Below are positions 17,988-26,029 of a DNA stretch of 63,707 bases, one piece after another (the first letter of the stretch is position 1; each line of letters begins with the position of its first letter). Source of the stretch: Terriglobales bacterium (lineage in GTDB: Bacteria > Acidobacteriota > Aminicenantia > Aminicenantales > Saccharicenantaceae); NCBI GenBank assembly GCA_035543515.1, contig DATKJS010000044.1:1-63707 (forward strand). Direction: 5' to 3'. The translations under genes were made by a program, and so were the position numbers. Below the pieces are notes generated by a model that ran no database searches, had not been told where the DNA came from, and saw only the letters and a list, made by a program, of their open reading frames with translations.

Positions 17988-20537
17988 ATGCACGCCTTCT
18001 TGCGCAGGCTGCGCGTCGACGTCCGGCCGGACGAGTCGCGGGCGGCGGCCTTCCTCTTCCTCTACTTCTTCCTCATCACGCTCACCTTCTCCGTCATCAA
18101 GACGGTCAAGGAAAGCCTCCAGATCAGCGTCAACCCGCGCTCGTGGTGGGTCTTCGACCTCGGCACGGCGGTGCTGATCGGCTTCGCCGTCGCCGTCAAC
18201 ACCAGGCTCCTCAACCGCCTGCCACGTCGGAAATACTCGTCGCTGACCCTAGGCTTCTCCGCCGGGTGCCTGGCCCTCTTTTGGTACGCCTTCGACCTCT
18301 ATCACCGGCGGATCTATCCCTTCCCGGTGCTGCTCGTGTTCGTCCAGAGCCACCTGAACCTCTTCATCTACGCCTTCAGCTTCTGGTCCGACGTCTTCAT
18401 CGCCATGACGATCACCCAGTTCTGGATCGCCGTCAACGACATCTTCCATCCCCACCAGGCCAAGCGGCTGGTCGGCTTCCTGGTGACCGGAGGACTCCTG
18501 GGCGGGATTGCGGGCTCGGCTATCGCCTGGAGCCTGCCCAAGCTCGTTGCCCCGCACTATCTCCTTCTTGTTTGCCCGGCCATCCTCCTCCTGATGATCG
18601 CCGTGGTCGGCCTCGTCCACGGCGAAGGGGAGAGGCTCCGGGGAGGGACCGAGGCCGGGTCTCGGCCGGCCGGCGCCGGCGTCGGCTTCCTGGAGAGCCT
18701 CCGGACGGTGCGCGGCGACCGCTATCTTCGCATCCTCGCCGGCGTCCTGGCCTCGGCCGTCCTCGTCGGGCAGATCATCAATTACCAGTTCAAGTTCGTC
18801 GTCAAGGCCCAGGGATGGAACGACGCGACACGGACCTCGTTCCTGGCGATGTTCTTTTCCGGCGTGCTCGTCGTCTCAACCCTCTTCCACCTGTTCGCCA
18901 CGGGCCGTGTCCTGAGACGCTTCGGCATCCGCGTGGCCCTGCTCGTGGCCCCGGTCGTCCTCATCCTCGGCACGGTGCCGGTCTTCTTCCTGACGATCGT
19001 GACGGCCGCCGCCGTGCCGACGGCGGCCGGCCTCCTCTGGGCCTCCCTCCTTCGCGGCGCGGACAAGCTCTTCGACACGACCATGAGCCAATCCGTGCGG
19101 GAGCTCCTCTACATCCCCATCCCGGCCGAGATCAAGTACAAGGCGAAGGTCCTCATCGACATGTCCGTCAACAAGTTCGCCCTCGGCTTCGGCGCGGTCC
19201 TCTATTGGACCCTCTACCGGGCGCTGTCGTTCGCGATGAAAACGCCGGAGGAGCAGGTCCGGACCCTCGGCGTCTTCGTCGTCGCCTTCGCCCTTCTCTG
19301 GATGGGCCTTATCTGGATCATCCACGACGAGTACCTCGGGAAGGTCAAGGCGGACCTGGCCAGGAAATGGCAGGACGGCCATAAGGTCGTCGACGCGAAC
19401 GTCGACATCGGGCTGACGCGGCGCATCGTCGACACCATCCAGAGCCGGGAGAGAAGCGCGACCCTTTACGTCATGAACCTTTATGGGCTCGTCCAGAAGG
19501 AGAAGCTGACGGCGGAGCTCATGGAGGCCATCGGCCTCAGGGGCGAGGAGCTCAAGGCGCGGTCCATGGACGCCCTCCTGGGCGTCGACGGCGAGCCCGC
19601 GTTCCAGGGGATCGAGGACATCATCACCGACAAGGAGTTCGACTCCGTCGTGCGGGAGGTCATGGCCCTGCCGGTCTACAAGGACGTGATGGAAAAGCAG
19701 ATCGGCGACCTCGTCACCGGGAAGAGCGCCTCGGAGGTCGCCCGGATGGAGGCGGCCAAGGCCCTGGGCCTGATGGAGCCGACGCCCGCCGTCATCCGCG
19801 AGCTCGGCCGGCTCCTCCGGGACCCTTCGCCCGAGGTCCTCAACTACGCCCTTCACAGCGCCGCCGCCCATCTCCGGAAGGAGCACGTCCCCGCGATCGT
19901 CGACCTCCTCGAGAACCCGATGACCAGGCAGCTCGCCCAGGATACCCTGGCCGCCTACGGACCGCGGGTCGAGGACGTCCTGAAGAAGCGCCTCCAGGAC
20001 CGGGAGGGTCCTCCCGAGGTCCGCCGGGCCATCCCCGACGTCCTGGCCCGATTGGGGAACCAGAAGGCGGCCGACGCCCTGGTCGCGGAGCTCGTGGCCG
20101 GCGACGAGGTTCTGGAGGCCGGCCTCATCGAGGCCCTCTATAAGGTCCGCGCGAACCATCCGCAGGCCAGCTTCAAGAAGAGGCGGATCGCGGCCGCCGC
20201 CCTCTCCCTGGCCCGCCGAAATGCCGAGGACTACCTGGCCGCGGCCGAGGCTGGGGCCGGCCGGGAGCCCGGGCCAGAACGGCAGGCGGCCATCGACCTC
20301 CGGACCAAGCTCCTGTTCGACCTCCTGACGCTCATCGCCCCGCCCGAGGACGTCGTCAAGGCCTACCAGAACATCCTCCGGGGGACGAAGAAGTCCGTCG
20401 ACTACTCGCTCGAGCTCCTCGACAACATCCTCAACGGGGACCTCAAGGAACTCCTCTTCCCCCTCATCGAGAGCCTGCCGCCGGAGGAGCGCTGCCGCCG
20501 CCTGAGGAAGCCCCTCCGGGCCCCGCGGCCCCGCTAG
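17988..20537 (+). CDS. NTT/TLC-family nucleotide (ATP/ADP) transporter fused to C-terminal HEAT repeats
   Basis: NTT motifs FWIAVNDIFHPHQAKRL..F...GG.LGG and RELLYIPIPAEIKYKAKVLID; C-terminal HEAT-like helices (EAAKALG, LLRDPSPEV, RRAIPDVLARLG). Alternative start TTG 17937. Confidence 0.85.
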   Translation: MHAFLRRLRVDVRPDESRAAAFLFLYFFLITLTFSVIKTVKESLQISVNPRSWWVFDLGTAVLIGFAVAVNTRLLNRLPRRKYSSLTLGFSAGCLALFWYAFDLYHRRIYPFPVLLVFVQSHLNLFIYAFSFWSDVFIAMTITQFWIAVNDIFHPHQAKRLVGFLVTGGLLGGIAGSAIAWSLPKLVAPHYLLLVCPAILLLMIAVVGLVHGEGERLRGGTEAGSRPAGAGVGFLESLRTVRGDRYLRILAGVLASAVLVGQIINYQFKFVVKAQGWNDATRTSFLAMFFSGVLVVSTLFHLFATGRVLRRFGIRVALLVAPVVLILGTVPVFFLTIVTAAAVPTAAGLLWASLLRGADKLFDTTMSQSVRELLYIPIPAEIKYKAKVLIDMSVNKFALGFGAVLYWTLYRALSFAMKTPEEQVRTLGVFVVAFALLWMGLIWIIHDEYLGKVKADLARKWQDGHKVVDANVDIGLTRRIVDTIQSRERSATLYVMNLYGLVQKEKLTAELMEAIGLRGEELKARSMDALLGVDGEPAFQGIEDIITDKEFDSVVREVMALPVYKDVMEKQIGDLVTGKSASEVARMEAAKALGLMEPTPAVIRELGRLLRDPSPEVLNYALHSAAAHLRKEHVPAIVDLLENPMTRQLAQDTLAAYGPRVEDVLKKRLQDREGPPEVRRAIPDVLARLGNQKAADALVAELVAGDEVLEAGLIEALYKVRANHPQASFKKRRIAAAALSLARRNAEDYLAAAEAGAGREPGPERQAAIDLRTKLLFDLLTLIAPPEDVVKAYQNILRGTKKSVDYSLELLDNILNGDLKELLFPLIESLPPEERCRRLRKPLRAPRPR

Positions 20538-20552
20538 GCGGGACCGGCCCGG

Positions 20553-20581
20553 TTGCATTGCCGCGCCTTGTCCTTTAGAAT
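20553..20581 (+). promoter_or_regulatory. sigma70-type promoter for the FHA-GAF-PP2C / RsbW pair
   Basis: TTGCAT-17 nt-TAGAAT. Confidence 0.55.
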
Positions 20582-20598
20582 GGGGGGCGGGAATCCCG

Positions 20599-22275
20599 AT
20601 GGCGGACCTGTTCATCTATCCCAAGGGCGGGGACGCGTTCGTCTTCGCCCTCGGCGCCCAGAAAGTCACCGCCGGCCGGGCCGCGTCCTGCGACATCCCG
20701 CTCTCCGACCAGTACACCTCCGGTTGCCACGTCGCCTTCGTCCCCAAGGACCGCGGCTACGCCGTCCAGGACCAGGGGAGCAAGAACGGGACTTACGTCA
20801 ACGGCCGGCGGATCAGCGGTGAGGTGGCCCTCAGGCGGGGCGACGAGGTCGTCGTCGGCGAGACCAAGATCATCTTCGACCGCGAGTTCCAGACGAACGT
20901 CAAGATCGTCGACGGCACGACCTTCACCCACAGCTCGAACACGATCATCAGCGTCCCGGACATCGTCCGCAAGCCTCCGACGGCGGTCTTCCTCCAGCCG
21001 GTCGCCGGCCGTCCCGAGCCGGGGCGCTATCAGCAGGACCAGAAGTTCCTGGGCGTGCTGAGCGAGGTCAGCCAGGCCCTCATCTACCACATGCCCCTCG
21101 ACAGGCTCCTGGATCACATCATGGATCTCATCACCGGGAACATCCCCATGGATCGGGGCGTTCTCATGCTCCGGGAGGGCCCGGACGGCGAGCTCGTCCA
21201 CAAGGTCGTCCGCGTCTATGACAGCCCCTTGCGCAGCCAGAGCATCCTCGTCAGCCGGACGATCGTCCAGACGGCCCTGGACAGGAACTCGTCCATCCTC
21301 ATCTCGGACATCCAATCGGAGGCGGAGCTCCGGGGACAGGTCTCGGTCGTCCAGGGCCGGATCCACTCGGCCATGTGCGTCCCCCTCTGGAACGGCGACG
21401 CCATCATCGGCCTCATTTATTGCGACCGGGCCGCCCTCCACGGCCCCTTCACCGAGGACGACCTGAGGCTCCTGACGCTCCTCGCCAACCTCGCCGCCAA
21501 CAAGATCGAGAACGCCAGGCTGATCGAGCAGGAACTGGCAAAGGAACGGATCGAACAAGAGCTCATAACGGCGGCCCAGATCCAGAAGAATTTCCTGCCC
21601 AAGGAGGACCCCGTCTTCGAGCCCTTCGACATCAGCGGCGGCACGCGGGCCTGCCGTTATGTCGGCGGGGACTACTACGATTTCATCCCCGTCGACGCGG
21701 ATCGCCTGGGCCTCGCCATCGCCGACGTCTCCGGGACGGGCGTCAGCGCGGCCCTCCTCATGGCTTCGCTCCGGGCCTCGCTCCACTCCAAGATCGGCCT
21801 GACGCGGGACCTGGCCCGGCTGGCCGCCGAGCTCAACGACGACGTCCACAAGAGCTCCGACTCCAACTCCTTCATCTCCTTCTTCTTCGGCCTCCTCGAC
21901 CGCGGGCGGGGGGAGGTCGAGTACGTCAACGCGGGGCATAACCCGCCGCTCGTCGTCGACGCCGCCGGCGGAGTCCGCACCCTCGAGAGCACGGGCTTCT
22001 GCCTGGGGATGTTCCCGGCCGTGAGCTACGAGACGCGGACCCTCCGCCTCGCGCCGGGCGACATCCTGTGCCTTTTTACCGACGGCATCGTCGAGAGCCG
22101 CGACGCGGACAGGGAGGAGTTCGGGGACGAACGGCTGGCCCGCCGCCTTCGGGAATCCGCGGACCTCCCGGCCCGCGACATCAGGGACCGGATCTACGAG
22201 GACGCGTTCGCCTTCTCATCCTGCGTCGAGCCGGGCGACGACATGACCGTCGTCGTCGTCAAGAGGGGCACCTGA
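20599..22275 (+). CDS. FHA-GAF-PP2C (SpoIIE/RsbU-family) Ser/Thr phosphatase
   Basis: FHA GR...SxxH...SKNGTYVNG; GAF SAMCVPLW..D.IIGLIYCD; PP2C VGGDYYD, IADVSG.G..AAL, FTDGIVE, DDMT. Confidence 0.93.
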   Translation: MADLFIYPKGGDAFVFALGAQKVTAGRAASCDIPLSDQYTSGCHVAFVPKDRGYAVQDQGSKNGTYVNGRRISGEVALRRGDEVVVGETKIIFDREFQTNVKIVDGTTFTHSSNTIISVPDIVRKPPTAVFLQPVAGRPEPGRYQQDQKFLGVLSEVSQALIYHMPLDRLLDHIMDLITGNIPMDRGVLMLREGPDGELVHKVVRVYDSPLRSQSILVSRTIVQTALDRNSSILISDIQSEAELRGQVSVVQGRIHSAMCVPLWNGDAIIGLIYCDRAALHGPFTEDDLRLLTLLANLAANKIENARLIEQELAKERIEQELITAAQIQKNFLPKEDPVFEPFDISGGTRACRYVGGDYYDFIPVDADRLGLAIADVSGTGVSAALLMASLRASLHSKIGLTRDLARLAAELNDDVHKSSDSNSFISFFFGLLDRGRGEVEYVNAGHNPPLVVDAAGGVRTLESTGFCLGMFPAVSYETRTLRLAPGDILCLFTDGIVESRDADREEFGDERLARRLRESADLPARDIRDRIYEDAFAFSSCVEPGDDMTVVVVKRGT

Positions 22276-22297
22276 GGGGCCGCGGGAACGGGCCGGC

Positions 22298-22711
22298 ATG
22301 AGCTCCGGGGCAAAGACTCTGACGGTCAAGGCGGACCTTGCGGCCATCGACCGGGCCCGCGAGTTCCTGCGGGACAACCTGCGCGGTCTCTCCCTGGCCG
22401 AGGAGGACGTCCTGAGGATCGAGCTCTCCCTCCACGAGATCCTCGTCAACATCGCCCGCTACGCCTACCCGAAGGGGGACGGCGAGATGTCCCTCCGCGT
22501 CTGGCGCGAGGACGGCACGCTCCGCATGGAGTTCCGCGACCGCGGCGTCCCCTTCAACCCCGCCGAGCGGCCCGCCCCGGACATCGAGGAGAGGATCCGC
22601 CGGGGGGCGAAGGGCGGGCTCGGCATCCACCTCTTCAAGACGCTCATGGACGGCTACTCGTACCGTCGGGAGGGTGCGGAGAACGTTCTGACGGTCTTCA
22701 AAAAGGTCTGA
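22298..22711 (+). CDS. RsbW/SpoIIAB-type anti-sigma factor Ser kinase (HATPase_c_2)
   Basis: ELSLHEILVNIARYAY (N box), FRDRGVPFNP (G1), GGLGIHLFKTLMD (G2). Confidence 0.92.
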   Translation: MSSGAKTLTVKADLAAIDRAREFLRDNLRGLSLAEEDVLRIELSLHEILVNIARYAYPKGDGEMSLRVWREDGTLRMEFRDRGVPFNPAERPAPDIEERIRRGAKGGLGIHLFKTLMDGYSYRREGAENVLTVFKKV

Positions 22712-22720
22712 GCGCCGCGG

Positions 22721-23554
22721 TCAGTAGAGGACGTTGGCCTGCCCGTTCTTCTTGACCAGCTTATCGATCTCGCCCAAGATGAGGTCCCGGCGGATGAGGA
22801 CGGCCTTGATCTCGTCGTCAGTCAGGTAGTCGCCCGTGATGCCCTTGATCCCTTCGAAGGTCAGCGTCTTGACCTTGTCGACGATGGCCCGCGGCAGCTC
22901 GCTCATGAGCTTCGGGCCCTCAGGGTGTTTCTCGGTATAGATGAGGGCCTTAACGAATTTGCCGGAGGAGCGGAAGGACCGGGAATGGTCGATGAGAATC
23001 ATCCGCCAGTCCTTGGTGATGAGGATCTGGTTCTGGTGGCGGTCCTCGTTGGCGATGAGGTTGTCGAAGAACCTCTGCAGGTACGTGTCCCGGTTCCAGC
23101 CGAAGACCTTGTAGGACGGCATCTTGATCTTCTTCTCCTCCCGCTCCTTTAGGGAGATGCAGTCGGTGATCCAGTACTGGAGGGAGCCCCGGTCGCCCTG
23201 GAAGCGCCGCTCGATGGTCGGCGAGACCATGTGGAGCCCGAGCCACTCGCTCATGCGGTAGGCGCAGATCTCGTACTGCCAGCCCTCGACATAGCCCTGC
23301 ATGCGGCCCTCGGCGCTCTTCCACAGGGCGTCATGGGTGACGTCGCCCTTCCGGAGCGTCAGCCTCCAGGGGCTGGTCACGGACTCGGGGCCGACCATGT
23401 GGGACTGGTTGACGATGTCCGCCGTCTTGAGGAACTCCTCCCATTGGGGGAACTGACCGAGCTCGTCGGCCGTGAACTGGGCCAGGAGCGCGGGCGCCCG
23501 GAGAAGGGCCAATCCCGCGACGATGAGGACCACCGTTGCTTTCTTCATTTTCAC
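22721..23554 (-). CDS. Secreted atypical kinase, type II PI4K/FAM20C-like fold (paralog 1)
   Basis: Signal peptide; ALWK, YEICAY, PTIER, GSLQYW, FDNLIANEDRHQNQIL, LIDHSRSF. Confidence 0.75.
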   Translation of the reverse strand: MKMKKATVVLIVAGLALLRAPALLAQFTADELGQFPQWEEFLKTADIVNQSHMVGPESVTSPWRLTLRKGDVTHDALWKSAEGRMQGYVEGWQYEICAYRMSEWLGLHMVSPTIERRFQGDRGSLQYWITDCISLKEREEKKIKMPSYKVFGWNRDTYLQRFFDNLIANEDRHQNQILITKDWRMILIDHSRSFRSSGKFVKALIYTEKHPEGPKLMSELPRAIVDKVKTLTFEGIKGITGDYLTDDEIKAVLIRRDLILGEIDKLVKKNGQANVLY

Positions 23555-23597
23555 CCTCCCGCGAGATCGATTCCTGCCGCGGACGGCCGCGGTCGTC

Positions 23598-24446
23598 TCA
23601 ATCGTAGAGGACGTCCGCCTCCCCCCTGGCCCGGACCATGCCGTCGATCTCTTTGATGAGGAGGTCGCGGCGGGCGAGGAGCGAGCGGATCTCCCGGTCC
23701 GTCAGGGTCTCGCCCACGGCAGTTCCGACGGACTCGAAGGACAGCGCCTTGACCTTTTCATAGAACCAGCGGGGGAGCCGGCTGAAGAGGAACGGGTGCC
23801 CGTCCTGGGCTTTCTTGATGCCGTCCGCCCCGAACATGAGCTTCTCAGTGAACTCCTTGGTCGACCGAAAGGCCCGGGAGTGGTCGATGAGGATCGTCCG
23901 CCAGTCCTCCGTGTAGAGGACGTTCTGCTGGGTCCGGTCCTCGTTGGCGATGAGGCTGTCCCAGGCCCGGGTCAGCCACTTCATCCTCTCGATCCCGGCC
24001 TCGGCTTCCTTGGGGATGGCGATTCCCTGCTCGGCGACCTTGAGAAGGCTGTACTTGTTCTCGGCCCAGAGCGACAGGGCGCCCTTCTTCCCCTGGAACT
24101 CGCGCTCGACCGCGGCGGGGACCATGTCCAGCCCGATGAGCTTGTCGAGGCGGTAAGCGGCGATCTCGTACTGCCAGCCCTCGAGGAACCCGTACATCAT
24201 GCCGCTCGGGTTCTTCCAGAAGGCCCTGCTCTCGAAATCGCCCTTCCTGAGGGTCAGCCGGAAGGGCTTGGTGACGCCCTCGCCTGCCGGCTCGGCCTTG
24301 ACGATCTCGGCCGTGAGGAGGAACTCCTCCATCTGCGGCCGCCGGGCGACCTCCTCGGGCTTGAACTGGCCGCGAAGATCCCCGGGCCTGACGACGAAGG
24401 CCAGGAAAAGAACGACGAGCGCCGCTTCACGCTTCATGGATGTCAC
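23598..24446 (-). CDS. Secreted atypical kinase, type II PI4K/FAM20C-like fold (paralog 2)
   Basis: Signal peptide; AFWK, YEIAAYRLD..IGL.MVP, GALSLW, WDSLIANEDRTQQNVL, LIDHSRAF. Confidence 0.75.
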   Translation of the reverse strand: MTSMKREAALVVLFLAFVVRPGDLRGQFKPEEVARRPQMEEFLLTAEIVKAEPAGEGVTKPFRLTLRKGDFESRAFWKNPSGMMYGFLEGWQYEIAAYRLDKLIGLDMVPAAVEREFQGKKGALSLWAENKYSLLKVAEQGIAIPKEAEAGIERMKWLTRAWDSLIANEDRTQQNVLYTEDWRTILIDHSRAFRSTKEFTEKLMFGADGIKKAQDGHPFLFSRLPRWFYEKVKALSFESVGTAVGETLTDREIRSLLARRDLLIKEIDGMVRARGEADVLYD

Positions 24447-24469
24447 CCCGACCGCTTTCTGTTGCCCGG

Positions 24470-24498
24470 ATTATAGGACCCTTCCTCCCGGAAATCAA
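24470..24498 (-). promoter_or_regulatory. sigma70-type promoter for the tandem kinases
   Basis: Minus strand TTGATT-17 nt-TATAAT, overlapping the upstream NTT stop codon. Confidence 0.6.
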
Positions 24499-25997
24499 GC
24501 CGCGGGTGCCGGATTCCCGTCGGCCGCGGCCTTCCGCCTCTTGTATTCCCCGACGATCTTGAAGCAGAGCGCGATGAGGACGAGGACGACGACGACGTTC
24601 AGCATGGCGTAGCGTTCGATCTTCAAGCCCAGCAGCTGTGTCCCGGCCAGCACGGCCAGGGCCGAAACCGTGTCGCCGCCCCTGACGAAGAAGGTGTCGA
24701 TGGCGGCCTTGGCCTTGTATTTTTCCTCCCTTGGCGTGACCAGGAACAGGGCGGCCTTGGTCGTGTTCTGGAGCGAATAGTCGGTGCCGTTCTCCAGGGA
24801 CTTGACCCAGCGGACGAGGACGAGGACCGCCCCGAAAGAGATCAGGGCATACCCCCCTAGGGCGATCAACGGCAGGAAGAAGAGCGCTCCCCCGACCCCG
24901 ACCCACTTGAAGATGCGCGAAACAAGGAAGAGCTGGATGATCAGGGCGACGAGGTTCGTCAGGAGCTGATAGTTCATGAACGCCCGGTGGATCGATTTCT
25001 CCATGGCCGCGCCGGGCGCGTTCTCCTGGGGAACGGGTGCGCCCCGGGCGCTATCCCCAGCGGGGGAGGCGGCCCCCGGCAGAGCCGCCGTCATTGGCCT
25101 GGAGGCCGTCTTCGAGAGCTCGGTGTTGACCGTGACGGCCGAGATGACGTACTCGCCCGTGGCATTGACGAAATTGTAGAGGCCGATCAGGAGGGCGATG
25201 AAGAGCAGGTAGCGGCTCTTGAACACGAGCCGAAAACCGCCCCCGGCCTTCAGCGGCTGGGCCTGGGCGCGGGCCTTCTCCTCGGAGCCGGCGAGCCCCT
25301 TTTCCCGGTCATCGAGGGTTCTCCGGACATCCCGGCGATGGATGTATCTGGCCAGGCCGATACAGATGAGGAGGACAGTCCCTGCGATGAGCATGAGCTT
25401 GAATTCCCACCGTCCGCCCAGGAGGTCCCTGAGCTTGATGACCACGGGCAGCGTCCCGACGACGCCTCCCAGCGTCGCGCCGAAGGCGATGAGGGGAAAG
25501 GTCCGCTTTCCCTGCTCGTCGGAATAGAGGTCGTTGGCGAAACCCCAGAACTGGGCGATCACGAAATAATTGAAGATGCCGATCCAGACGAAGAAGGCGA
25601 TCCCCATGGTCTTGACGGGGATGCGGCAGAAGCTGAGGCCGTAGAAGATCACGATATTCGAGATGAAGAACAGGGTCGTCCAGGTGATGAGGACGTGCCG
25701 GGGGACCTTGGAGGCCAGGCGGCTGAAGGCCTTGATCACGAAGATGAAGAGGACGGCCTGGGCGCCGCCCAGACAGCTCTTGACCACGGCGGAGTTCTTG
25801 TCGACGAGAAGCAGCGCCTCACGCAGGGGTTTGAGGATGTAATAGGCGACGAGGAGGAGGAAGACATTCAGCGCGAGGAGGAGCGCCTTGGGCGCCTCGC
25901 CCGGCCGGATGTCGGCGAAAAGCCGGAGGAACCCGTAGAGCAGACGTTCCCCCGGCGACCCCGTTCCCGACGCCGTCCTCGCTCCGGCTTCCGCCAT
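24495..25997 (-). CDS. NTT/TLC-family nucleotide (ATP/ADP) transporter, stand-alone
   Basis: YYILKPLRE, FWGFANDLYSDEQGKRTFPLIAFGATLGG, DYSLQNTTKAALF...EKYKAKAAIDTFFVRGGD. Start ATG 25997 with SD GGAGG. Confidence 0.88.
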   Translation of the reverse strand: MAEAGARTASGTGSPGERLLYGFLRLFADIRPGEAPKALLLALNVFLLLVAYYILKPLREALLLVDKNSAVVKSCLGGAQAVLFIFVIKAFSRLASKVPRHVLITWTTLFFISNIVIFYGLSFCRIPVKTMGIAFFVWIGIFNYFVIAQFWGFANDLYSDEQGKRTFPLIAFGATLGGVVGTLPVVIKLRDLLGGRWEFKLMLIAGTVLLICIGLARYIHRRDVRRTLDDREKGLAGSEEKARAQAQPLKAGGGFRLVFKSRYLLFIALLIGLYNFVNATGEYVISAVTVNTELSKTASRPMTAALPGAASPAGDSARGAPVPQENAPGAAMEKSIHRAFMNYQLLTNLVALIIQLFLVSRIFKWVGVGGALFFLPLIALGGYALISFGAVLVLVRWVKSLENGTDYSLQNTTKAALFLVTPREEKYKAKAAIDTFFVRGGDTVSALAVLAGTQLLGLKIERYAMLNVVVVLVLIALCFKIVGEYKRRKAAADGNPAPAA

Positions 25998-26029
25998 CCG
26001 CCCCTCCCTCGGCCGCACGCTCCCGCGTG

